In this document: positions 51,068-61,391 of the stretch, in pieces
Numbering within the stretch: position 1 is the first letter of the stretch
How the letters are laid out: every line of letters starts with the position of its first letter
Source: Nitrospirota bacterium
Lineage (GTDB): Bacteria > Nitrospirota > UBA9217
Direction: 5' to 3'
DNA: 64,000 nucleotides
NCBI GenBank assembly: GCA_963845065.1
Contig: CAWJQQ010000006.1
Location: forward strand, 32,001 to 96,000
Notes under the pieces: generated by a model
Told to the model about the DNA's origin: nothing
Database searches by the model: none
Seen by the model: the letters and a program-made list of their open reading frames with translations, nothing else
Translations under genes and position numbers: made by a program

Positions 51068-52367
51068 CTTTTCGCCGGAAATACCCTTCCGTAAGGGAGG
51101 GGATGAAGGGCGACGTTTTTTGACAAAAGTAGATTTACGTGGTAATATGTATAGTATTTCAATGTTGAAAACTAAAGCTTACAAGTACCGCTTCTATCCT
51201 CCTAAAAAAACAAACATTGATGTTCGCTCAAACCCTTGATGTCTGCCGAGTGCTTTACAACTCCTGCATTGCAGACAGGAAGAATGCTTTCGAAAAGACC
51301 GGCAAGGGTCTTACCAGGGTACGCCAACAAGAGATCCTTAAAAGCGATAAAACCAGAATAAATTCCCTTGAAGGCATCCATTCCCAAGTCTTACAGAATG
51401 TTTTATTTCGTGTTGAGCGCTCCTATCAAAACTTTTTCCGGAGAGTTAAAGGCACGTCCGGTAAAGCGGGTTACCCAAGGTTCAAGGGGATCGGACAATA
51501 TGACTCCATCCATTATCCGCAGACTCCGGGGTTCCAGTTACTAATACCGCAGAATAGCCAGAGTCATCGTGGACGCCTCAAACTCTCCAAAATAGGGACG
51601 ATTAAAATAAAGCTTCATCGCCCAATCATCGGGTCTGTCAAAACCTGCACGGTCAAAAGAGAACACGACAAGTGGTATGCCTGCTTTTCCGTGGAGTATG
51701 TGCCTAGTTCAAAACTCGTATCTGACAAGGCCATCGGCGTAGATGTTGGCATACATAATTTCGCTGTTCTTTCTACGGGTGAGACAATAGCAAATTCTAA
51801 GTACTTGCAAACCACCGAGAAAAAACTCAAGAAGAAGCAACGTAAGCTTTCCTCGAAGACGAAAGGTTCTAACAACAGGAGGAAGGCTCGAGTTGCGCTT
51901 GCCAGGCTTCATCGGAAGGTCCGTAATCAGCGTTCTGACTTTCATCATAAGACCTCCCGTAAACTCGTAGATACGTATGGGTTCATCGCAGCCGAAGACC
52001 TGAATATCACAGGCATGGTCAAGAACCATCACCTTGCCAAATCAATATCCGATGCTGGATGGGGACAATTTCCTAATTATCTTGCATACAAAGCGGAAGA
52101 AGCTGGGCGCAAGTTCGACAAAGTCGCTCCTTATCACACAAGCATCATTTGCAGCTGCTGTGGGGAACGGGTGCCTAAAACGCTTGCCGAAAGGGTGCAT
52201 GATTGCCCTTTCTGTAAAACCGTCATGGACCGCGATCGCAACGCTGCAATAAACATCCTGAATAAGTCTACGGCAGGAACTGCCGAAATCTACGCTTGGG
52301 GAGAGGCGGTGCTGCAAGGCCCCTCAACGAACCAAGAAGCTTCGTCCGTAAGGGCGAGGTAGTTCAC
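51068..52367 (+). mobile_element. IS200/IS605-family tnpB-only element, copy 2
   Basis: follows TTTAA (51063-51067), left-end hairpin, internal TTGACA-N17-TAATAT, right-end hairpin and GGTAGTTCAC; no tnpA. Confidence 0.92.
51162..52362 (+). CDS. tnpB: TnpB RNA-guided nuclease, frameshifted at A7 after codon 14
   Basis: MLKTKAYKYRFYP then extra base; GYPRFK, RuvC GVDVG / AEDL / DRDRNAA, zinc finger CSCCG..CPFC. Confidence 0.9.
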
Positions 52368-52387
52368 TTTAAAGTCTTTTCCTATTT
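52260..52387 (+). ncRNA. putative omegaRNA/reRNA of tnpB copy 2 (3' scaffold plus flank-derived guide)
   Basis: overlaps the tnpB 3' end and right end as in known IS605 TnpB systems; 44 nt identical to copy 1; limits approximate. Confidence 0.6.
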
Positions 52388-52432
52388 GTTTCAAACCATG
52401 TTTATCTGTGGTTAACATTGCTGTTTCGGGGA

Positions 52433-52957
52433 TTATTCATTTTTGTTCGCATCTTTAAACGGCTCATACTGAACACGTACGATCGTGAACAAAGTATCGC
52501 CTTTCGGCCGCTTGACGACGACTTCATCACCTTGGGCCTTTTTCATGAGCGCCTTGGCCATGGGAGAATCCATGCTGATTAAACCTTTTGCAGAGTCGAA
52601 CTCATCAGGTCCAACGATGCGATACTCGCTGATACTTCCTTTTTCGTCCTCAAGCCGCACCCAGGCGCCGAAAAAGACCTGGGACCTGTCCCCGGGAAGT
52701 GTGTCAACAACCGTAATATGTTCGAGCCGGTTTTTGAGGTGATGGATCCGCGCATCGATTTCACGAAGCTGTTTCTTGCGATAGATGTACTCCGCGTTTT
52801 CCGAACGGTCGCCCTCCGCAGCAGCAGCCGCAAGCGCTGCAGTCACCTCGGGCCGCTTCGTGTGCCAAAGGTATTGAAACTCGTCGGAGAGACGTTTCTT
52901 GCCTTCGGGCGTTATATACTTGGATCCCGCTTTTTGGGGAGGACGATATCTGCTCAT
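52433..52957 (-). CDS. greB: transcription elongation factor GreB
   Basis: YITPEG, AAAEGDRSENAEYIYRKKQLREID, VFFGAWV, ISMDSP. Confidence 0.96.
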   Translation of the reverse strand: MSRYRPPQKAGSKYITPEGKKRLSDEFQYLWHTKRPEVTAALAAAAAEGDRSENAEYIYRKKQLREIDARIHHLKNRLEHITVVDTLPGDRSQVFFGAWVRLEDEKGSISEYRIVGPDEFDSAKGLISMDSPMAKALMKKAQGDEVVVKRPKGDTLFTIVRVQYEPFKDANKNE

Positions 52958-53096
52958 GAGATGAATATACGGCAATGGGGCCAAGGAATCAAGGCGGATG
53001 AGAGCGCCGAGACAAGTAATAGATTATCCGTGCGAGGAGATGAAGTTCTTGGATTTAGCATGATTGTGTAGGAACCGAGATAAGGAGGCTTTAGGA

Positions 53097-54125
53097 TCAC
53101 GATGCGGAGATATGAATGGTAAAAACTGAACCTTTGCCCGGGATGGTCTGGACCCCTATTTCCCCTCCGCAGGCATCAACTAGTTCTTTCACGATGGTGA
53201 GGCCCATGCCTATGCCGGTGCCCGTTCCTCGGAAAAACCGTTCGTAGATATGGGAAAGATGCTTTGTCCTGATTCCGGATCCTGTGTCCGCAACAGAGAA
53301 AACGACTTCATCGCCTTTCCGGGCGACGCTCACGAACACGCTTCCTGTATTCTTCACTGCCTTGACAGCATTGTCCATGAGGTTTTCCATGATTTGTCTG
53401 AGACACTCCGGATCAGCATATATGGTAAGGCCCTGTGCGCATTCCAAAGTGAACGTCACATCCCTACCTTGCGCTGTGGTACGCGTCTTCTCCATCACGT
53501 CTTTGAGCAATGGCTCCAGTGCGACGAATTCCCTCTGGAGCGAGCTAGCAAGCGCCTGGGCCTGCGACAACTTCTCCATCCCATCGATGATTTTCTTGAG
53601 CCTGTCCGTTTCTCCAAGTAGAGACTGCATATGCTCTTTCTCCATGGGGTCTTCATCTTCCAACATGTCTTCCAGTTCTTCCTCTAGCGCGTCAACGGAT
53701 GTTCTTAGTTCACCAGCAGCGTCCGTAACAATTTGGACAGACATATACCGCTGCGCTTCAAGAGCGTTCATCGATTCAGGATTTTCAGTTCTATTGCTGG
53801 TTTCATCCTCATTTGCCATCAACGCACTCATTCTTGAGCCCTTCCTTTGAGAGTGTGTCTGAACCGAAGATGGCCTTGAGACAGGCCTGCTCAAAGTCCG
53901 GACAACAAAAATGAGCAGGGTTAGTGCAAGTCCTCCGAGCAGGACGAAAGCGATTATGATGAGGATGCTCGACCGGCCATTGAAAAAAGTTTCCTGTCCC
54001 GACTGTCCGAATTTCTGAATCGTCATTGCGCTCAGAAAAAGCATCAGTGACAGCGCGATGAGTGCACTACCTGTAAACAGGATAATATTTCTAAGCCGGG
54101 AGTTAGCTAGCGTCATGCTTTTCAT
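53097..54125 (-). CDS. membrane sensor histidine kinase-like protein lacking the phosphoacceptor His
   Basis: 2 TMs, DAAGELRTS H-box, NLMDNAVK, DTGSGI, GTGIGMGL. Confidence 0.85.
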   Translation of the reverse strand: MKSMTLANSRLRNIILFTGSALIALSLMLFLSAMTIQKFGQSGQETFFNGRSSILIIIAFVLLGGLALTLLIFVVRTLSRPVSRPSSVQTHSQRKGSRMSALMANEDETSNRTENPESMNALEAQRYMSVQIVTDAAGELRTSVDALEEELEDMLEDEDPMEKEHMQSLLGETDRLKKIIDGMEKLSQAQALASSLQREFVALEPLLKDVMEKTRTTAQGRDVTFTLECAQGLTIYADPECLRQIMENLMDNAVKAVKNTGSVFVSVARKGDEVVFSVADTGSGIRTKHLSHIYERFFRGTGTGIGMGLTIVKELVDACGGEIGVQTIPGKGSVFTIHISAS

Positions 54126-54360
54126 AAATTTGGATGGCTTTCATAGAACTGCAACATCAAGAATTGAATATGTCAAAAACTTCATGACATCTCTAGTGAT
54201 TTATGTCACCAAGCGACGGCTTCTAGCTGGGGAAAAATCGCTTTAATTATAGCTATAGGCACAACCCTATGCTGATCCATTTTGACAGATGCCAAATAAA
54301 TCATTCGAAAATAGATTTTGCGTAAAATTATTGATGAACTTATTTTCTGTGTTGTTACTA

Positions 54361-56162
54361 CCTGAATCTTGCATCAAAACGTAGTTCCCCCGACTCGTCG
54401 GGTTTGTTTTGATTCCCGCATCTTCCGCTTACCCTTCGACAGCTTTCATTTCATCTTAACTGCCGCATTCCTCATCGCATAAGGCAGAAAAGCACAATTC
54501 CAAGCTTCTCAGCCTATATTGTGCAAGAAATTTCTTGCACAATTGCATCATGAAGAATTTTCAGCGGGTTGCAGCCTCATAACCTCCATGTGCCGGCATT
54601 GCCACTGACCGCCATCAAGCCACGGGCGCACCTGATTGCGTAGCTGATCAAGATGCTCCATGAAGCTAAAGAGTCCTGCTACCCTGTTGTCGTGTTCGGA
54701 GTACCGCGCCTTCGTCGTATTGCCGCTCATGACCAGCTTTGTCGCGATCATGAGCAGCTTCAACCGAGCGATTTTGATGGTGTTGTCCTGAATGCCGCTC
54801 AAGGCGGTGACTGCCGCGTTATCTTGAGTGCGTTTCTGCTTCTCGCTGAATTCTGCGAGCATCTTGAACGATCTCCAACTGTTGTAGGCCAAAAGAACGA
54901 TCTGAAAATATGCGTAGTTGTTCATGAACCGACGCGTGGGAATAGCCGACAGTCCCTCTCGCTTTACTTCGCCGATCTGGTTCTCGCAATCTGCCCGCTT
55001 GTCATACTCGCTGATAGCCTGATGAGACTTGCCTGGATGATTGGTGACAAATTGCCGATACGTAAAACCACCGTCTTCCAAAAGCTCAAGCTGCGTGTCT
55101 CCCTTGCCTGATTTCTTTCCCGGAATACGCATTGAGACGAAACGGCGTTCTCCCGGCCATCCCGTCGGTTTATACCAGCACTCATTGTATTCTACGCTAT
55201 CGATTTTGTGCACCTTGTACCACATCTTGGAATCAAAGGGCGGCTTGCATCCTTTATTGCCGAAGATGTACATGTGCCTTTCGTCTTCCGCAGCTTTAAC
55301 CGCATCCCAACTGATGAACTCGCCGTCACCTCGAAGAATCACCTTTTTGACACAAGCAGGAAGGTATTTCTTGATGCTCTTGATCACCTCCGCGACTTCT
55401 TTGCCAGAGATGGTCGCGCCCTTGCGAAGCTTTCCGACAAGATACTCTCGCGTCTCCTCAATGAAACCCAGGACAGGACGAAATCCCTTTTTTCCCCGGT
55501 ACCGGGTATTGTGTCCCTTGCGGCCGCCTTCCTGATCGCCAAAGATGGTCTCAACTGTCGTATCAAGATTAACATGGATGACGCTGTAGCTGATCTCGCA
55601 CAATTTCCAGACCCGTTCTCGTAGCGCCGCCATCACCAAAAGCAGCGACTTCCCTTGATTGATGCCCAAGGACGCAACGTATCGCCAGTAAGTCGTCACG
55701 TGCGGCAACTTGGACACGCCGAACAGGGCGCACACCATTGGATCCGTTTGTATGTATTGAAAATGCCACAGCCGCGTGAATCCAATGAAAAGCAACACCA
55801 GAATCCCATACACTGCTTTATAATGTCCCTGGTCCGGCGTGCGGCCTGGTGGCTGATAAAATCCCTCGAAAACCTCCTGGAACTTTACCGCGTCCATGAA
55901 CTTCTCTAACGCCAGCAGTCCGCCGAAGGGTGAAAGCCGTTCACTGCAATACTCGTAGCGCGTATTAGGGCTGATTTTAGCGGGTTCCGAATGGCCTTCA
56001 TTTTGACCTTGATTCATGCCGTTTTTCGCGCTATGCTTCTTTTGTCGTTTAACCATATGGGTTACCTCCTGATATCATGGGTTGTTCGCGAGATAACCGC
56101 ATTATATCAGTGTAACCTGTATGGTTTTATCTTTTTCACTCCATCAGCGTGCAGGATTCAGG
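54361..56162 (-). mobile_element. IS1380-family insertion sequence, complete
   Basis: TIRs CCTGAATCTTGCA / TGCAGGATTCAGG (12 of 13 match); TACTA duplicated at 54356-54360 and 56163-56167. Confidence 0.92.
54548..56056 (-). CDS. IS1380-family DDE transposase
   Basis: SPFGGL, NLDTTV..GDQEG, LRGDGEF, YDKRADCENQIGEVK, LLAYN. Confidence 0.9.
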   Translation of the reverse strand: MVKRQKKHSAKNGMNQGQNEGHSEPAKISPNTRYEYCSERLSPFGGLLALEKFMDAVKFQEVFEGFYQPPGRTPDQGHYKAVYGILVLLFIGFTRLWHFQYIQTDPMVCALFGVSKLPHVTTYWRYVASLGINQGKSLLLVMAALRERVWKLCEISYSVIHVNLDTTVETIFGDQEGGRKGHNTRYRGKKGFRPVLGFIEETREYLVGKLRKGATISGKEVAEVIKSIKKYLPACVKKVILRGDGEFISWDAVKAAEDERHMYIFGNKGCKPPFDSKMWYKVHKIDSVEYNECWYKPTGWPGERRFVSMRIPGKKSGKGDTQLELLEDGGFTYRQFVTNHPGKSHQAISEYDKRADCENQIGEVKREGLSAIPTRRFMNNYAYFQIVLLAYNSWRSFKMLAEFSEKQKRTQDNAAVTALSGIQDNTIKIARLKLLMIATKLVMSGNTTKARYSEHDNRVAGLFSFMEHLDQLRNQVRPWLDGGQWQCRHMEVMRLQPAENSS

Positions 56163-56314
56163 TACTATATCAGAAAATATTCTATATTGTATATGCAATT
56201 CTAAAAATATATCAATTTTCAATGGAGTGCTGATTCACTATCACACATTAGCCGCATACCAAAGGTTTTCTGAATATCACTCATGCTAACTAGGCCCAGC
56301 GAATTAAATAGATA

Positions 56315-57460
56315 TTAAAGGCGTTGTCCTTGGTCGTGTGTTAGGCAACCTGCTATCGTCCACAGGCGCTGCACTCCTGTCTCTTTACCTACTTTATACC
56401 GCCTCCCTTCATCAACTAAATGTTCGAAACGTACAACATCTCCGCGCTGCAGGCTGCCGAAGGGCTTGTTCCGTGCGACCAAATCTTTATCAAGTCTTGT
56501 AATGAGCCGTCGTCCCGCCTCGCCGCAGATATAGAACTCTCTCTTCCCTTTCGAGACCAGGGGTTCGCTTACGACGCGAAACGCATTTACACCGTACATT
56601 CCGGCAAGAGATTGGCTATCTTTCCGCATTATGAGATAGGAAAATTTAAGAGAGTCTTTCCGAAGCCCGGTCAGATTGTCCAGTTCCTGAATCGTGTCAG
56701 TCGGGTCCCAAGCCATGTCTTCATGACACCAGTCTTTGGGGTTCGCAAGAGCGGCGCATTGCGCATGACAAAGGCAGGGAGAGTAGATCTGAAAACCCTG
56801 CTTTAGCAGCCCCTCCCTGACCGCGAGAAGTTCCCGCGACGTTTCGCGCAAAGCCGGTTCAATGATTATGCAGCTTCCATCATCAGCAAGAAACCGGTTT
56901 AGATACTGCGTCACTAGGTTAGTCCGCTTAACGATCCGGTCAGCATCATGGATGAACATTTCATTTAGCACATTTGAGAAGATGATCAGATTGAAGATAG
57001 TCTCCTGAAGATATTGTATTTGTTCGATATCCGATCGGACGGTCTTTAAGGATACATCGAGATTGCTCATACTCTTGAATGTAGTAAAGAGTTCTTCGGC
57101 CATCTTCAAGTTTTCGGCAACGTGGTCAACGGCCGTCAAAGCGAGATGGGGACGTTTCTTTCTTGCTGCAAAAAACTCCATCACGCCGAGCATCGCCGTT
57201 CCCGGGCCGCATCCAAGGTCGAGGACCCGGAGTGTCTCGTTCCCGAATCGGTTCTCAGGATGGAGAGCAATCTCCGCCAAGGGCGCTTGAATTTTCCGTC
57301 GGTTCAGGGGCAGATAGTAAGCCACGTATGCCTCCCTGAGGCCTTTGTCTTTCAAATATGCCGCAGGCAGACGACCGCGTTCACGCGTCAGGAGTTCCGA
57401 CAGACGAGTGACGTTGGCAGCCAGGGTTTTCAATTGGGCATGAGATAGTGGAAGTTTCAT
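56315..57460 (-). CDS. Rsm22-family SAM-dependent methyltransferase
   Basis: AYVAYYLP, VLDLGCGPGT, NVLNE, IIEPA, SPCLCHAQC..DWCH, KFSYL. Confidence 0.85.
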   Translation of the reverse strand: MKLPLSHAQLKTLAANVTRLSELLTRERGRLPAAYLKDKGLREAYVAYYLPLNRRKIQAPLAEIALHPENRFGNETLRVLDLGCGPGTAMLGVMEFFAARKKRPHLALTAVDHVAENLKMAEELFTTFKSMSNLDVSLKTVRSDIEQIQYLQETIFNLIIFSNVLNEMFIHDADRIVKRTNLVTQYLNRFLADDGSCIIIEPALRETSRELLAVREGLLKQGFQIYSPCLCHAQCAALANPKDWCHEDMAWDPTDTIQELDNLTGLRKDSLKFSYLIMRKDSQSLAGMYGVNAFRVVSEPLVSKGKREFYICGEAGRRLITRLDKDLVARNKPFGSLQRGDVVRFEHLVDEGRRYKVGKETGVQRLWTIAGCLTHDQGQRL

Positions 57461-57795
57461 TGTTGCAGTTATACCATTTTTCGAGGAATAATGTAAGTTC
57501 TGGTGAAAGAGTTCAGTAAGGACGGAACAATCGAAATTATTAACAATTCTTGTCGATTGCCTTTGATAAATTGGTTAACTTTTTTATTCAATGGGGCACT
57601 GATAAAATTGCACGGCGTGATCAAATGTTTTTTTGTAAGATTTTTAGCTTAGGGTTGTAAGATGTGTTGACTTTTTATCCTTAAACCGACAGCGCTAATT
57701 GAGGGATTTCTCCGGATCACTCGTACTCAAGAGTTGATACCCTGAATAGACCAACAGTTTCCTCCCATTCATAGTGACAAATCAAAGATCAATCG

Positions 57796-57824
57796 TTGAC
57801 AAGTTAAAATCGCTGTGAGATAGT
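57796..57824 (+). promoter_or_regulatory. candidate sigma-70 promoter
   Basis: TTGACA-N17-GATAGT with TG upstream of the -10. Confidence 0.45.
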
Positions 57825-58128
57825 AGCTCAGCGATCGTTCACCCCGTTAGGAGGGGCTCGAATTAAATCGAAACAGGAGGCCCGACATAAATCGGAATGC
57901 CTGTCTGAATTCACCGGAATAGACAACCAGCGTAGTCGTTGGCTTGCATAATCACATATAAGATGCATTGTCAGTGGTTTAGTGCTGTAATTATAACAAT
58001 ATGGCTTCCATGAAGATTTTTTATATATTTGAACGTGCTTCACATACGACATTCAGTATGGCTTTTGTTTTCTCCCCATATTCCCTCAGGGAAATCAGCG
58101 CCTATAATCAAAAGAGAGGCTGTCACCT

Positions 58129-61100
58129 ATGAATCTGCGAAAAAAAATAGTGCTCTCATTGACGGTCATTCTCTGTGTCCCGCTTGCCCTTCTTGTAGTC
58201 GCGATGTTACTGACGCCAAGCTACTTAAATTCAAAATCAATAAAAACAAGGATCGAAACCGCAATTTCAAGGCACCTGGGTGGGACCGTACAATATCAGC
58301 GGCTGGATATCTTGATCTATCCGCGACCCCATATTGTATTTCGTGGAGCGAATCTCTTAATTCCCAAGACAGTTAAAGGAGCCGTGAAGCTCATCAGTAT
58401 TTACCCGCAGATATTACCTCTCATAAAAGGAAAACTTTTTGTTTCTAGGATCCGGATCCAAGAACCGGACTTTACGATTGCACTTCCGGAGACCGTCAGT
58501 GAAGTCAGGCCAGAGTCGCTCTCTCTTCCTGAAGTAAAGAAGAACATCAGGCTCTTGCTTAGCTATTTCCAAGCGATCGGACCGGGCCTTGACGTAGACA
58601 TGGACAAGGGCACGCTTATCCTCAGGAGGAAAGGACACCTTTTTCTTTTCTTGCGAGATGCAGCTGTACGATTTAATGCACCGCCCGGGGCCATGGATAT
58701 ATTGCTAAAAGCCAATACGGAATCATGGGGTACTTTCTCGCTGAAAGGAAGATATTTTTTTGATGAAGAAAAAACAGAAGTCAAGGACCTTTCCGTTTCA
58801 ATGGGCAGCTCCTCAATATCCGATTTTTCCGCCAGTCTTACATGGACAGACAACCCCTATCTTGATATTGCCTCAGGCAGGGCCACGTTCGCACTTGACG
58901 AGATGTATCAATGGTTGTCGTCGGCTGGCACCCTGACCACATATCTCGAAAACATAAAATCAATATCTGGGGCGCTCATCATATCATCAGTACATGCCCG
59001 TGTCCCCCTTTATCAGCTGTCTGCATCACATACTACAGTAACCGGCGAGGCAAATAATGTCGTTGTGGATGCGGCCATCCTTCCTGCTCCGCTGTCTGTG
59101 ACAAGCAGGTTCGTTATTAATGAAAATAGAATTTCCGTGGCCGATCTGCAGTCCCGCATGGGTAAATCCTCCATTTCACACGTCGCTGCGTTTCTCGCAG
59201 AGAGAAAAAAACCATTTATAAGGGTCCTCAAGGGGACGGCAGTAATGAATCTCACTGAAATTTTTCAATGGCTCAGGAGGTATAAGACTTTACAGGACAG
59301 CCTAAAAGACGTGAAAACCCTTACCGGCATCGTCAACCTATCGTCCATGAATTTCGGAGGGCCGCTTTTCAGGCCCGCTCTTTGGAATAGAGCCATTGCC
59401 GGAAGCATTGAACAGATTAAGATCGATTCGCGGCTTCTGCCCGGGCCACTTACTGCACCACGAGGAAACTTCAGCCTTGAATCGAATAAAATTCTGCTTG
59501 ACGACGTACGAGCTGCGATCCTCGACACGAAAGTCACAGGCTCCGGCGCGATAAGCGGTGATCGCAGAGAGATGCACGAGATCGATCTTAGGTTTACGGG
59601 AACAGCAGGCACGGAAAGCATTGCGTGGGCATTTGTCAGGTTCGCGCTGCCGAAGGAATTTATAATCAACGCCCCTCTGGCTTTTACGAATTCTCATCTA
59701 ACTTGGCAGGAGAAGGCGGGCATGTCATTCGCGGGAGAAGTTACTGTGGCCAACGGACCTGCACTTTCAATTGACCTTTCGCAAAGCGGGACGAGACTGG
59801 TACTTAATAGAGCGACGATCAAGGACCAGGGCACGAACGTGAACGTTTCCGCTCGACAAAACGGGACAACGACGGATCTGTCTTTCTCCGGCAAGTTGGC
59901 GCAGAACACCTTGAACAGGATCTTCAAACGGAGGATTTTCGGCAAGGGGAACATCCAGGGGGACCTGCACACGACTATTCACATGGACCGCATTGTGGAT
60001 TCTACACTGCAGGGACAACTGCGCGGTAACGATATCGTCGTTCCCTGGGGTCTTGATGTCCCGCTAACGATTGATAGATTTTCTGTCCACGCCGATAATA
60101 AGATCATTACCATCGATTCGGCTGCACTAACCTGGGGGAACAGCCATTTCGGAATAAACGGCAATGTGGTATCTTCGGGCGCGGGTATCGTCTTTGATAT
60201 GAATCTCAATGCGGACAATATGGCGGTGAGTGCGATTCAGCAGGCCCTGTCCGGCTTAAGCAAGGAATCAACGGACAAAAAACCTACTCCCACTCGTATG
60301 CCTCCCCTTCTCGGCACGGTCCGTGTCAACTCGTCATCCCTGCTGTTCGGCAGATACACTTTTAGTCCTGCACAGGCTGTCGTAACGTTAAGTCCTCACG
60401 AGGTGAGCATGGCCTTTACCGAGGCAAAGACCTGCGACATTTCCACCCTCGGGACGCTTGACTTTTTTGACTCTGAAATCAATTTTAATTTCAAGCCCGC
60501 AGCTTCAAAACAGCAATTGGAATCCACCCTCAACTGCCTAGCCGGCAGAGATGTCCGTGTAACTGGTACCTTTGACCTGAAGGCTAACATACGCTCTCAA
60601 GGAAAGAGTGGAACATTAGTCAAATCACTTGAGGGTAATGTCGACTTCACGTCTGATGAAGGTAGGATATATCACTACCCTATCCTCGCCAAAATCTTTT
60701 CAGTCTTGAGCGTTCTTGAAATATTCCGCGGTAAGCTTCCTGAACTGGGAGGTAATGGATTCCCCTATCATACGATTGCCATGACGGGAAAACTACATCA
60801 GGGGAAACTCGAACTGGAGAAAGCGTTCATCGGCGGCAAATCTCTCGACATTATTGCCCAGGGCGAGGTTGATCTGGTTGCGCAGAAGGTGGATCTCGTG
60901 GTCCTCGTTGCGCCGTTCTCGACCCTCAACTGGATCATTAGGCACATCCCGCTCGTGAGCTCAATTATGGGCGGAACGTTGATCTCTGTCCCAGTCAAGG
61001 TATCAGGCGACGCATCGAATCCCGAGGTTACCTTCCTAGCTCCTTCGGCAGTCGGCACTCGATTCTTGAATCTTCTCGAAAATATTCTAGAACTACCCGT

Positions 61101-61149
61101 CAAGATTATCTCGCCGATCCTGCCTAAGGAGCCAGAAAAACAAGAATAA
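58129..61149 (+). CDS. AsmA/YhdP-like envelope protein
   Basis: N-terminal TM, long beta-rich body, AsmA_2-like C-terminus (LFSVLS.., GEVDL, IPLVSSIMGG..VKVSG..NPEV). Confidence 0.82.
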   Translation: MNLRKKIVLSLTVILCVPLALLVVAMLLTPSYLNSKSIKTRIETAISRHLGGTVQYQRLDILIYPRPHIVFRGANLLIPKTVKGAVKLISIYPQILPLIKGKLFVSRIRIQEPDFTIALPETVSEVRPESLSLPEVKKNIRLLLSYFQAIGPGLDVDMDKGTLILRRKGHLFLFLRDAAVRFNAPPGAMDILLKANTESWGTFSLKGRYFFDEEKTEVKDLSVSMGSSSISDFSASLTWTDNPYLDIASGRATFALDEMYQWLSSAGTLTTYLENIKSISGALIISSVHARVPLYQLSASHTTVTGEANNVVVDAAILPAPLSVTSRFVINENRISVADLQSRMGKSSISHVAAFLAERKKPFIRVLKGTAVMNLTEIFQWLRRYKTLQDSLKDVKTLTGIVNLSSMNFGGPLFRPALWNRAIAGSIEQIKIDSRLLPGPLTAPRGNFSLESNKILLDDVRAAILDTKVTGSGAISGDRREMHEIDLRFTGTAGTESIAWAFVRFALPKEFIINAPLAFTNSHLTWQEKAGMSFAGEVTVANGPALSIDLSQSGTRLVLNRATIKDQGTNVNVSARQNGTTTDLSFSGKLAQNTLNRIFKRRIFGKGNIQGDLHTTIHMDRIVDSTLQGQLRGNDIVVPWGLDVPLTIDRFSVHADNKIITIDSAALTWGNSHFGINGNVVSSGAGIVFDMNLNADNMAVSAIQQALSGLSKESTDKKPTPTRMPPLLGTVRVNSSSLLFGRYTFSPAQAVVTLSPHEVSMAFTEAKTCDISTLGTLDFFDSEINFNFKPAASKQQLESTLNCLAGRDVRVTGTFDLKANIRSQGKSGTLVKSLEGNVDFTSDEGRIYHYPILAKIFSVLSVLEIFRGKLPELGGNGFPYHTIAMTGKLHQGKLELEKAFIGGKSLDIIAQGEVDLVAQKVDLVVLVAPFSTLNWIIRHIPLVSSIMGGTLISVPVKVSGDASNPEVTFLAPSAVGTRFLNLLENILELPVKIISPILPKEPEKQE

Positions 61150-61391
61150 TGATTACGTATGCTAGCTTAACGCAATCATCCCGACGTAAGAAATTGGAGT
61201 TCTTTGGTTTGCTTGACAAAACTTTTCATGATAAAGGGAGAGCGATATAGGGGAATGGAGAAGATATATTGTAAGAGGTCGGTTTCCCATTTATATTTCT
61301 CTTCCCGCCTTCCCCTTCCTGGTTGTGTGCATTGATCAACCGGGAGCTCTCTTTGGTACAATCATGCTCGGCGAACGCCATAATTAGGTGT

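Noticed and set aside
41938..52387. In-window targets for the predicted TnpB guides
   Set aside because: No TTTAA-adjacent match found by eye; needs a computed search
57819..57870. TAGCTCAG...GCTCGAAT as a tRNA
   Set aside because: A-box to T-loop distance is too short, with no acceptor stem or anticodon arm
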